DNA of 64,000 bases from Bacteroidetes bacterium HGW-Bacteroidetes-4 (GTDB lineage Bacteria > Bacteroidota > Bacteroidia > Bacteroidales > SZUA-534), in contig PHDD01000006.1 of the NCBI GenBank assembly GCA_002840905.1, forward strand, positions 8,910-72,909, given 5' to 3'. Every line of letters starts with the position of its first letter. The stretch's first letter is position 1. The notes beneath the pieces were generated by a model, which saw only the letters and a list, made by a program, of their open reading frames with translations, was not told the DNA's origin and ran no database searches. Both the position numbers and the translations under genes were made by a program. This document shows, one piece after another, positions 11,261 through 21,670 of the stretch.

Positions 11261-12229
11261 ATGTCAAAAATATTGGTGACAGGCGGTTCCGGGTTTATTG
11301 GCAGTGCGTTGGCTGAAAAGCTTATTCGTAATCACAACAACTATGTGGTTATTGTGGACGATCTTTCGACCGGCGATAAAGGCAAATTGCCTCAGTTGCC
11401 AACGACAAACTGGCGCTTTATTAAATGCGACGTGAACGATTATGCTGAAATCGCTCCAATTATGACTTCTTACATGTTCGATTACGTATTTCATTTTGCG
11501 GCAGTGGTTGGAGTTCAGCGGACTCAGGAAAATCCGGTAATGGTGTTAAAAGATATTGAAGGCATTAAAAATGTGTTATCCTTATCGAAAAACACCACTG
11601 TAAAGCGAATTTTTTTTTCTTCTTCTTCCGAGATTTATGGCGATCCGGTTGAAGTTCCTCAAAATGTTTATACCACACCATTAAACAGCCGTTTGCCCTA
11701 CGCCATTGTAAAAAATGTGGGCGAGGCCTTTATGCGTTCCTACAAACAAGAGTTTGATTTGGATTATACCATTTTCCGGTTTTTTAATACCTACGGGCCA
11801 AAGCAAAGCAAAGATTTTGTAATCAGTAAATTTTTGCTGGCAGCCTTGCACAATCAGGATATTACCATTTATGGCGATGGAACACAAACCCGAACCTTTT
11901 GCTTTATCGATGACAATGTTGATGCTTGTCTGACGGCCTTAAACGAAAATAAAGTGGTAAACGATGTGATTAACATTGGAGGAAACAGGGAAATAACCAT
12001 TTTAGAATTGGCTCAGATTGTGATTCGTTTAACCGGATCTAAATCAAAGATTATACATGTTGATCCCTTAAAAGATGGCGATATGAAACGCCGACAACCT
12101 GATAATTCTGACATGAAAAAGTTGTTGGGCCGCGAGTTATTGAGCGTGGAACAAGGAATTAAGATGATTTTAGACGTTGGATTGTACGAACAGAAAAATT
12201 ATAAAGAATGCAACAACTCGAAAGGTTAA
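11261..12229 (+). CDS. NAD-dependent epimerase/dehydratase (UDP-sugar decarboxylase/epimerase-like SDR)
   Basis: GGSGFIGS Rossmann motif and a YxxxK catalytic motif (YAIVK). Confidence 0.85.
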   Translation: MSKILVTGGSGFIGSALAEKLIRNHNNYVVIVDDLSTGDKGKLPQLPTTNWRFIKCDVNDYAEIAPIMTSYMFDYVFHFAAVVGVQRTQENPVMVLKDIEGIKNVLSLSKNTTVKRIFFSSSSEIYGDPVEVPQNVYTTPLNSRLPYAIVKNVGEAFMRSYKQEFDLDYTIFRFFNTYGPKQSKDFVISKFLLAALHNQDITIYGDGTQTRTFCFIDDNVDACLTALNENKVVNDVINIGGNREITILELAQIVIRLTGSKSKIIHVDPLKDGDMKRRQPDNSDMKKLLGRELLSVEQGIKMILDVGLYEQKNYKECNNSKG

Positions 12230-13182
12230 GAGAAAAGGTTCAAAACGCCATGCAACAATTATCTTGGCAAAAACAACCCAAAGAGTTGTACAGCCCCATC
12301 TCTTACACCCTTCAAAGCGATGGTAAACGAATTCGGCCGTTGCTTACCCTGTTGGCTTGTAATATGTTCTCTGAAAAAATTGATGATGCAATAGCTCCAG
12401 CACTTGGTATGGAGGTGTTTCATAATTTTACCCTTTTGCACGACGACATAATGGATAAAGCTCCGGTTCGTCGGGGAATGCCTACTGTACATGAAAAATG
12501 GAATGCCAATACCGCCATATTATCGGGCGATGCCATGATGATTGAGGCTTACAAGCTGGTTAGCAAAACGCCACACACTATTTTGCCAAAGGTGCTCGAT
12601 GTTTTTTCCGAAACCGCACTGGGCGTTTGCGAAGGTCAAATGTTCGACATGCAGTTCGAAAAGCGAATGGATGTTTCCGAGGAAGAATACCTAGAAATGA
12701 TTCGTTTAAAAACCAGCGTGTTACTGGCAGCAGCACTAAAAATAGGAGCTTTAATTGGGGGTGCTTCTGAGAAAGATGCCAATGAATTATATTCTTTTGG
12801 TATTTCGGTTGGTCTGGCCTTTCAGCTTATCGACGATTGGCTCGACAGCTTTGGAGAGGAAGCCGTTTTTGGAAAAAGAATTGGTGGCGATATTTTGGAG
12901 AACAAAAAAACCTACCTCCTGATAAAAGCGCTTGAATTAGCCAACCCGGAACAAAAAAAGGAGTTGTTTCGTTGGATTGAAGCGGTTGATTTTGCCGCAG
13001 AAGAAAAAATTGCATCGGTAAAAGAAATTTTTCAGACTTTGGGAGTTGATAAACAAACTCAAATAAAGGCTGAAAACTTTTCGCAGGACGCATTTAGTCA
13101 TCTGGCAAAGCTAAACATACCCAATGAAAAAAAGCAGGGGTTAGAAATATTGGTTCGCGATTTATTAAAAAGAGATAAGTAA
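12208..13182 (+). CDS. Polyprenyl diphosphate synthase family protein
   Basis: Two Asp-rich motifs, LLHDDIMD and LIDDWLD. It overlaps the epimerase gene by 22 nt. Confidence 0.9.
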   Translation: MQQLERLREKVQNAMQQLSWQKQPKELYSPISYTLQSDGKRIRPLLTLLACNMFSEKIDDAIAPALGMEVFHNFTLLHDDIMDKAPVRRGMPTVHEKWNANTAILSGDAMMIEAYKLVSKTPHTILPKVLDVFSETALGVCEGQMFDMQFEKRMDVSEEEYLEMIRLKTSVLLAAALKIGALIGGASEKDANELYSFGISVGLAFQLIDDWLDSFGEEAVFGKRIGGDILENKKTYLLIKALELANPEQKKELFRWIEAVDFAAEEKIASVKEIFQTLGVDKQTQIKAENFSQDAFSHLAKLNIPNEKKQGLEILVRDLLKRDK

Positions 13183-13197
13183 ATAAGTAAAACATAA

Positions 13198-14730
<1,533 letters not shown>

Positions 14731-14817
14731 TTATACACAACATTTTGAATTTACTCGGTACTGGATTAATTGTCAAATGATTATCGATTGAAATTTGAAA
14801 CTTATAACTAATAAGCA

Positions 14818-15060
14818 ATGCATTTAGAAATAGTAAGTCCCGATAAGAAAGTGTTTTCCGGTGAGGTAAAACTGGTTCAGGTTCCCGGATCCGATGGTTC
14901 GTTCGAAATATTAAAAAATCACGCACCCATTATTTCTACCCTCCAAAAAGGAAGGGTTAAGATTGTGGAGATGGACGATAAAGAACATTTTTTCGAAATT
15001 GAAAAAGGGGTAATTGAAGTTAATAACAACAAGATTGTTCTTTTAGCCGAGAGAATTTAA
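14818..15060 (+). CDS. atpC: F0F1 ATP synthase subunit epsilon (short form, beta-sandwich domain only)
   Basis: MHLEIVSPDKKVFSGEV...APIISTL pattern. It is 80 aa and sits directly after atpD. Confidence 0.85.
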   Translation: MHLEIVSPDKKVFSGEVKLVQVPGSDGSFEILKNHAPIISTLQKGRVKIVEMDDKEHFFEIEKGVIEVNNNKIVLLAERI

Positions 15061-15083
15061 GATGACACTATTTATATCATGAA

Positions 15084-15118
15084 AGGCTGATTAAGAAAAA
15101 ATTTAATCAGCCTTTTTT
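15084..15118 (+). terminator. Rho-independent terminator after atpC
   Basis: 11 bp stem aggctgattaa / ttaatcagcct, 8 nt loop, T-run. Confidence 0.7.
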
Positions 15119-15211
15119 ATGGCCTTGAAATCTGATAATTCATACCATTAAACACAAGTGTTTTTTTCTGGGGCTTATAAATGTGTTCCTGATAAATTTC
15201 TTCTATTTTAT

Positions 15212-15219
15212 TATCTTTG
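15212..15219 (+). promoter_or_regulatory. -7 box TATCTTTG (TAnnTTTG)
   Basis: Exact consensus match, 25 nt upstream of the ATG at 15244. Confidence 0.4.
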
Positions 15220-15243
15220 CCGTTTGTTTAATTTTCTGTTAAC

Positions 15244-16230
15244 ATGGTTAAATTCCTGATAGTTCGGTTTAGTTCCATTGGTGATATTGTGCTTACCACA
15301 CCGGTAATTCGAGGCTTAAAGCAGCAGGTTGAAAATGCCGAGGTTCATTTTTTAACCAAACCGCAGTTTGCCAGAGTGCTGGCTGAAAATCCTTACATCG
15401 ACAAACTTTTGCTTTTAAAGGAAACAATAAACGATACCGTTGACGAAATTAATAACGAAGGATACGATTACCTTATCGATTTACACCACAATCTGCGCAC
15501 TTCAGTTATAAAAAGGAAAACCGGGTTAATCAGTTTTTCGTTCGATAAACTGAATTTTAAAAAATGGTTGCTGGTGAATCTGAAAATAAATCGCATGCCC
15601 GATGTTCACATTGTGGACAGGTACAGAGATACCGTGAGGCTTTTCGATGTGAATGACGACGGAAAAGGACTCGATTATTTTATTCCGGAATCGGAAGAAG
15701 TTGTTCCGGAACAAATGCATGCGGCTTTTGCCAAAAGGTATCTGGTAGCTGTTGTGGGAGCCAATTATTTTACCAAACAAATACCGGCCGAAAAGCTGAT
15801 CGAGATTATCAACCGCTCGGGAATTCCTGCCTGTTTAGTGGGTGGAAACGATGTGCTTGAGCAGGCCGCACAAATTGAAAAAGGATTAAAGGTTCCCTTT
15901 TTAAATACCGTAGGAAAAATATCGCTTCATCAATCGGCCTCTTTTATTCGTCAGGCAGCCGGGGTGATTACACCCGACACCGGTATGATGCATATAGCGG
16001 CCGCCTTTAAAAAACCGGTTGTTTCCTTGTGGGGAAATACCGTTCCTGAATTGGGCATGTATCCGTATCGGGCCGATGAAAGATCAAAAATATTTGAAGT
16101 ACCTGGACTAAGCTGTCGACCATGTTCTAAAATTGGATACAATAAATGCCCAAAAGGTCATTTCAAATGCATGCAAAACATCGACACTCAGGAAGTGGTT
16201 AAACAAATTCAGCTAATTATTAATAATTAG
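15244..16230 (+). CDS. Glycosyltransferase family 9 (heptosyltransferase-like)
   Basis: MVKFLIVRFSSIGDIVLTTPVIRGLK N-terminus and PDTGMMHIAAA, both typical of GT9. Confidence 0.85.
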   Translation: MVKFLIVRFSSIGDIVLTTPVIRGLKQQVENAEVHFLTKPQFARVLAENPYIDKLLLLKETINDTVDEINNEGYDYLIDLHHNLRTSVIKRKTGLISFSFDKLNFKKWLLVNLKINRMPDVHIVDRYRDTVRLFDVNDDGKGLDYFIPESEEVVPEQMHAAFAKRYLVAVVGANYFTKQIPAEKLIEIINRSGIPACLVGGNDVLEQAAQIEKGLKVPFLNTVGKISLHQSASFIRQAAGVITPDTGMMHIAAAFKKPVVSLWGNTVPELGMYPYRADERSKIFEVPGLSCRPCSKIGYNKCPKGHFKCMQNIDTQEVVKQIQLIINN

Positions 16231-16266
16231 CAAAAAAAATAGACATAAATAAATAAATCAATAAAA

Positions 16267-17547
16267 ATGAAGACCATTTTTGGGAAAGAGATCGTTAGGG
16301 AAGACATTGAAATAATGGCGCCGGTAGGTTCCTACGAATCGTTAAGCGCAGCGATTCAGGCAGGAGCCAACTCGGTATATTTTGGCATTGAGCAGCTAAA
16401 CATGCGCGCGCGCTCATCGAATAACTTCACTATCGACGATTTAAAACAAATTATAACCATTTGCAATGAGCACAAGGTAAAAACCTACCTTACCGTGAAT
16501 ACCATTATTTATGACCATGAGATGGCTCTTATGCGGCGAGTTGTGGATGCCGCGGTGGAGAATAGGGTTACGGCCATCATTGCGTCCGATTTAGCTGTTT
16601 TGCAGTATGCTTTTAGCAAGGGTGCAGAGATTCATGCCTCTACCCAGTTAAATATTTCTAATATTGAAGCCGTACGCTTTTTTGCTCAGTTTTGCGATGT
16701 GATTGTTACTGCCCGCGAACTGAATTTGAATCAGGTAGCGGCCATTGCTGCGCAAATTGAAAAGGATAATATTCGGGGGCCAAAAGGGGATTTAATGCGG
16801 ATTGAAATTTTTGCACACGGAGCTCTTTGCATGGCCGTTTCCGGAAAGTGTTACCTGAGCCTGCACGAGCAGAATTCGGCAGCCAATCGTGGAGCTTGTA
16901 TGCAAACCTGCCGAAAGGCTTATGAAGTAACTGAAAAGGAATCGGGCTACCAACTCGAAATTGATAACGAATACATAATGTCGCCCAAAGATTTATTCAC
17001 TCTTCCGTTTTTAGATCGGATGATTTTGGCCGGAGTTCGTGTCTTAAAGATTGAAGGGCGTGCCCGTGGTCCCGAATACGTTAAAACGGTGGTTGAAACT
17101 TATAACAAAGCACTTGATGCTCTTTTCAACGGTGAATTTACCAATGAGCGGGTTAACCATTGGAAAGAAAAGTTAAAACAAGTTTTTAACCGGGGGTTTT
17201 GGGACGGTTATTATCTGGGGCGAAAAACCGGCGAATGGAGCGAGGTTTATGGCTCAATAGCCACCAAACGCAAGATTTATGTAGGAAAGTGCACTAATTT
17301 TTTCAGCAAACTTAATGTGGCTGAAATTACCATGGAAAGCGGAACGCTGAACCTTGGCGATGACATTCTGGTTATTGGCGAAACAACAGGAGTTGAGGGG
17401 TTTAAGGTTTCTGAATTGCGGGTCGACTTAAAGCCCGTTGAACAGGCGAAAAAAGGCGATAAACTTTCGATGCCGGTAAACGTTTTAATTCGTAGGGGCG
17501 ATAAGGTGTATAAGTGGGTCGATGCCTCACCCGATTTAATGCAATAA
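16267..17547 (+). CDS. Peptidase U32-family protein (likely Fe-S dependent hydroxylase rather than protease)
   Basis: N-terminus EIMAPVGSYESLSAAIQAGANSVYFG. Intact four-Cys motif C-x6-C-x15-C-x3-C (CMAVSGKCYLSLHEQNSAANRGACMQTC). Confidence 0.9.
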   Translation: MKTIFGKEIVREDIEIMAPVGSYESLSAAIQAGANSVYFGIEQLNMRARSSNNFTIDDLKQIITICNEHKVKTYLTVNTIIYDHEMALMRRVVDAAVENRVTAIIASDLAVLQYAFSKGAEIHASTQLNISNIEAVRFFAQFCDVIVTARELNLNQVAAIAAQIEKDNIRGPKGDLMRIEIFAHGALCMAVSGKCYLSLHEQNSAANRGACMQTCRKAYEVTEKESGYQLEIDNEYIMSPKDLFTLPFLDRMILAGVRVLKIEGRARGPEYVKTVVETYNKALDALFNGEFTNERVNHWKEKLKQVFNRGFWDGYYLGRKTGEWSEVYGSIATKRKIYVGKCTNFFSKLNVAEITMESGTLNLGDDILVIGETTGVEGFKVSELRVDLKPVEQAKKGDKLSMPVNVLIRRGDKVYKWVDASPDLMQ

Positions 17548-17556
17548 ACGTTTCCA

Positions 17557-17778
17557 ATGAAAAAAATTAGTTACAACCGGAATAAATGCATCAGTTGCGG
17601 CTCTTGTGTAATCAGGGCTCCACATATCTGGCAACTAAATTCCGCCGATGGAAAAGCCGACTTAATGGATGGAGATTTAAAAAAAGATACCTATTTTCGT
17701 ATGCTTTGGCCTGACGAGGAACTTCTGGTTCAGGAAATAGTTTCCGTTTGTCCAACCCGAGCCATTAACATCATATAA
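17557..17778 (+). CDS. Small single-cluster ferredoxin
   Basis: 73 aa with CISCGSC ... CP cysteine spacing. It starts 10 nt after the U32 stop. Confidence 0.8.
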   Translation: MKKISYNRNKCISCGSCVIRAPHIWQLNSADGKADLMDGDLKKDTYFRMLWPDEELLVQEIVSVCPTRAINII

Positions 17779-17805
17779 ACCGAATAATTAATAGTTAATA
17801 TTTCG

Positions 17806-18279
17806 ATGAAAGAGTTCGATAGAAAATTTATGCTCGATGCCATTCAGTTATCGAAGCAAAACATAAACGAGGGAGGCGGGCCATTTGGTGCTATAATTGT
17901 AAAAGAGGGACAAATTATTGCCACCGGTGTCAATCGGGTTACCAATGAGAACGATCCCACGGCCCATGCCGAAGTAAAAGCCATTCGCGAAGCCTGCAAT
18001 AAACTTAAAACGTTCGATTTATCAGGCTGTACCATATATACTTCTTGTGAGCCATGCCCCATGTGCCTGGGAGCCATTTACTGGGCTCATATCGATAAGG
18101 TTTTCTATGGCAACAACAAAAGTGATGCGCGGAATATCGGGTTCGATGATTCGTTTATTTACGATGAATTGGAGTTGCCTATAAATAAACGCAAGGTGGA
18201 GTTCATCCAATTATTACCCGAAGAAGCCATCAAGGCTTTTCAGCAATGGAATTCAAAAGAAGATAAGGTAGAATACTAA
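17806..18279 (+). CDS. guaD: Guanine deaminase (CDA-fold, GuaD-like)
   Basis: HAEV...CEPCPMCLGAIYWA zinc motifs and the C-terminal GFDDSFIY motif. By recall it is strongly similar to Bacillus GuaD along its length. Confidence 0.8.
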   Translation: MKEFDRKFMLDAIQLSKQNINEGGGPFGAIIVKEGQIIATGVNRVTNENDPTAHAEVKAIREACNKLKTFDLSGCTIYTSCEPCPMCLGAIYWAHIDKVFYGNNKSDARNIGFDDSFIYDELELPINKRKVEFIQLLPEEAIKAFQQWNSKEDKVEY

Positions 18280-18290
18280 TCGATAACCCC

Positions 18291-18806
18291 TTGTTTCAAA
18301 AACGCCTTACCGCTGCATTTTTTGAACGCGATGTATTGGAAGTTGCGCCTGAGTTGCTGGGTAAAATCCTTGTTCGGAAGCTTCCTTTAATTGGCGAACA
18401 ACGATTTGTTATAAGCGAAGTAGAAGCCTACCGGGGCGAGGACGATTTGGCCTGTCATGCCAGTAAGGGTCGAACCCCACGAACCGAGGTAATGTATTGG
18501 CCTGGAGGTTTTGTTTATGTGTACCTGATTTACGGGATGCATTTCCTGTTAAACTTTGTTACGGCCGGAGAAAATAATCCGCAAGCCGTTTTAATTCGAG
18601 GGGTCGATAAGGTTCTTGGCCCGGGGCGGGTTTCCCGTTTACTTGAGATTACAAAAGACTTAAATAAAACCAGCCTGCTCGATTCTGAAGAGATTTGGGT
18701 TGAGGATGCTCCAATTGTTACCGATTATCAGACAGCACCTCGTGTGGGCATTGACTATGCCGGCGATTACTGGAAAAACCAACCCTGGCGTTTTTACATA
18801 AAATAA
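18291..18806 (+). CDS. mpg: DNA-3-methyladenine glycosylase (Mpg/AAG family)
   Basis: FFERDVLEVAPELLGK, EVEAYRGEDDLACHA, VYLIYGMH and GPGR motifs. TTG start. Confidence 0.85.
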   Translation: MFQKRLTAAFFERDVLEVAPELLGKILVRKLPLIGEQRFVISEVEAYRGEDDLACHASKGRTPRTEVMYWPGGFVYVYLIYGMHFLLNFVTAGENNPQAVLIRGVDKVLGPGRVSRLLEITKDLNKTSLLDSEEIWVEDAPIVTDYQTAPRVGIDYAGDYWKNQPWRFYIK

Positions 18807-18827
18807 AAGCCGGAATTTATCCGGCTT
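18807..18827. terminator. Hairpin between convergent genes (T-run on the minus strand)
   Basis: aagccgg aatttat ccggctt. On the minus strand it is followed by ttttatttt, which favours termination of the Na/Pi transporter gene. Confidence 0.5.
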
Positions 18828-18848
18828 CAATTACAGGTCTGTTATTTT

Positions 18849-20537
18849 TTATTCTACTGACTCGACAATAGACTGGTTTACAGCGTAAATGTAATCGCCC
18901 AGCTTTTCCGATTCCGAAAAAACATCCTTATAAAGCGTACCAATCTTGTAAGAGTATTTTTCGTTTTCAATATCCCTTACGTGTTCATTTCGCAACTCGT
19001 TGCGCAGCGTATTAATGTTGGTTTCAATTTTCTTTGCTCGGGTAAGGCTCACTTTATAATGGTGTTCGTTCAGGTTTTCTATCATGTGCTCAAATGCTTC
19101 GTTAACCAGAGTGAACATTTTTTGAATGTTTTCTTTCATTTCGGGAGTAAAGTGTTCTTTTTTGCCCCGGGCACGACTCATGGCGCGTGCAATATTTAAG
19201 CAGGAATCGCCCAGGCTTTCAATTTCGTCGATAATGCGCAGCATTGAGCTGATGCGTTTCGATGAGCTTTTACTTAACTCTCCTTCAGCAATTTTAGTCA
19301 GATATTTGGCAATGGCTACTTCCATTTCATCGCTTTTATCCTCACCCGTATCAATTTTGTCGAACTGTTTGTTAAAATGTTTATTGCGGGTTTCATTTAA
19401 CATGTTCTGAAGCCGGGTAATCAGTTTTTTTGTGTGTTGAGCGTAAGCAACAATTTCTTTTTTAGCCTGTAACAGCGACAATTCATTGGTGCTTAGCAAA
19501 CCAAATTTTATATGTTTTAAGCTGAACTCCTGCTCATCTTCTTTAATGGGAATAATTTTTTGTACAAAAAGCACCAGGTATTTCACAAACCAAATTTGAA
19601 CAAGCACATTGAGCACATTGAAAAAGGTGTGAAAAAACGAAAGGGCAACTGGAATGGCATGTGCACTATCAAAAGGAGAAGTTCCTGAGATGTTTTCCGT
19701 AAGATTGGCGATTCCTTTTAAGAACCAGGGCATAATGGCTAAAATCCAGACTACACCAATCAGGTTAAACAGCAAATGAATACGGGCCGCTCTTTTTGCC
19801 GTTGAATTGGCTACTGATGCAGCTAAATTAGCCGTTATGGTGGTTCCAATGTTTTCCCCAAGCACCATGGCTGCAGCGGTTTCAAATCCAATCCAGCCAT
19901 TGTTGCACATGACCAGGGTAAGCGCCATGGTTGCACTCGACGACTGTATAATAACGGTTAACAGGGTGCCTATCATTAAAAAGATTAGGTTTGAACCCAG
20001 ACCCATTCCGGTAAAGTTTTTTAGAAACTCTAATATTTCCGGATTATTTCCAATATTGGGAACGCTGGTTTTCAAACTTTCCAGTCCGATAAAAAGTAAG
20101 GCAAACCCAACCAGCACCTGTCCCCACGATTTGTTTTTGGTTTTTTTTGAGAAAATTAGCGGAAAGCCTAGTCCAATAATGGGAAAGGCCAATACACTCA
20201 TCTTTACTTTAAATCCCAATATGGAAATAAGCCAGGCGGTAATGGTTGTTCCAATGTTAGCGCCCATAATTACACCTACCGATTCAACCAATGTAAGCAA
20301 GCCGGCATTTACAAAGCTGACAATCATTACGGTGGTAGCGCTCGACGATTGAATGATGGCCGTTATCATAACTCCGGTAAAAACTCCCATAAACCGGTTC
20401 GATGTCATGGCGGCTAAAAAATTCCGGAGTTTTCCTCCCGCTACTTTCTGAAGCGCCTCACTCATTATCTTCATTCCGTAAAGGAACAAACCCAGGGACC
20501 CTAAAAGAGTTAAAAAATCAAGCAATGAATAATTCAT
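18849..20537 (-). CDS. Na+/phosphate cotransporter family protein with C-terminal PhoU-like domain
   Basis: Duplicated IIQSSSAT(T/M) motifs and many TM segments. The ATG at 20537 (MNYSLLDFLTLLG) is preferred to the ORF-track start at 20591. Confidence 0.9.
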   Translation of the reverse strand: MNYSLLDFLTLLGSLGLFLYGMKIMSEALQKVAGGKLRNFLAAMTSNRFMGVFTGVMITAIIQSSSATTVMIVSFVNAGLLTLVESVGVIMGANIGTTITAWLISILGFKVKMSVLAFPIIGLGFPLIFSKKTKNKSWGQVLVGFALLFIGLESLKTSVPNIGNNPEILEFLKNFTGMGLGSNLIFLMIGTLLTVIIQSSSATMALTLVMCNNGWIGFETAAAMVLGENIGTTITANLAASVANSTAKRAARIHLLFNLIGVVWILAIMPWFLKGIANLTENISGTSPFDSAHAIPVALSFFHTFFNVLNVLVQIWFVKYLVLFVQKIIPIKEDEQEFSLKHIKFGLLSTNELSLLQAKKEIVAYAQHTKKLITRLQNMLNETRNKHFNKQFDKIDTGEDKSDEMEVAIAKYLTKIAEGELSKSSSKRISSMLRIIDEIESLGDSCLNIARAMSRARGKKEHFTPEMKENIQKMFTLVNEAFEHMIENLNEHHYKVSLTRAKKIETNINTLRNELRNEHVRDIENEKYSYKIGTLYKDVFSESEKLGDYIYAVNQSIVESVE

Positions 20538-20664
20538 AATAACGATAAATTTCGGGGCGAAAATAACAATTATCGACGAGCCATGTAACAAAAATGTAAC
20601 ATTATATTAATGTTGTTTAATACCATTTTGTAAGACGCAATAGCCAGAAGTGAGTTTTGGCTTT

Positions 20665-21573
20665 TTATTGGATTAACGCGTTTCTGATTTGGTTTGTGGT
20701 TAGCTGAATCTCCTTATATTGTTCTTTGGTCATCACCTTATCGGCATGGGAGCGCAGTTCAATTTTTTTTGCTAAAGTATCAACCACCAGCATTTCAGGA
20801 GGCAGCTGGATGTCGTGTGAATCGTAAACTTTTTTAAGTTTTTTTAGTAGCAAGAGGTACTCTTTAATATCCACCCGGTTTTGGTATTTTGTTAACAGGC
20901 TGTAAATGCTGTTCAGGGAATAGCGTTGAAGCGCAATACGACTTAACAGCACCAGGTCGGGTTGGTCGTACAAATTGGTGGCAATATAAAGGGTTTCAAT
21001 CCATCCGCCCAGTAGAATTAGTCCGGCAGCATGCGGGCGTCCGGTTTGCCGGAGAAAATTATCGGCCGAGGCATAGGATTTTTTTGCCACATCAATTAAG
21101 GAGTCGAATTCCTGCGCATGATTTTCGGCCATTAAATAAGTGAAATCGACAAACTCACGGGGAATATCGAGTAAATCGGACAAACGCTGAATGGCCGCCC
21201 GATACGACATGGCCTGCTGTTCCTGGTTAAACATCCACAAATAGCTTAAGTCGGCACCATAAATTCCGGTGTTAATGGCATACTTGTCGCTCGAATTGTA
21301 TTTGGTGATGTTGTTTATCGGATTTATCAGTAACGAATTGTAGTAGGCTGTTTTTTCTGTTACCAGGTAAGTGAACTCAACGGGTGAGAAAAGGTTGTAA
21401 AAAACAATTTCATCTTCGCGGTAATTTTCGGGGTTAAAATCGATGGTTGCCGAATTAAATTTCTTTTCCTGTGTTTGTTCAATGCTTTTCTGGCTATTCC
21501 CCGTATTGTTGCAGGCAAACCAAAAAGGGCTTAAAAAGAATAAAAACACAAGTATAAAAGATAACTTTTTCAA
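20665..21573 (-). CDS. Uncharacterised lipoprotein, paralog A
   Basis: Lipobox FWFAC. It shares blocks with the neighbouring gene (FYNLFSPV, YGADLSYLW, LILLGGWIE, YSLNS, EYLLLLKKL). Confidence 0.6.
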   Translation of the reverse strand: MKKLSFILVFLFFLSPFWFACNNTGNSQKSIEQTQEKKFNSATIDFNPENYREDEIVFYNLFSPVEFTYLVTEKTAYYNSLLINPINNITKYNSSDKYAINTGIYGADLSYLWMFNQEQQAMSYRAAIQRLSDLLDIPREFVDFTYLMAENHAQEFDSLIDVAKKSYASADNFLRQTGRPHAAGLILLGGWIETLYIATNLYDQPDLVLLSRIALQRYSLNSIYSLLTKYQNRVDIKEYLLLLKKLKKVYDSHDIQLPPEMLVVDTLAKKIELRSHADKVMTKEQYKEIQLTTNQIRNALIQ

Positions 21574-21670
21574 AGGGTTTCGGATTAGTTGGCTTACACC
21601 ATTTTTAATAATTAAAAGTAAAGAAAAGGATTGAATTTACATAGCCCGTTTTTAAATAAGCGGTACTAAA

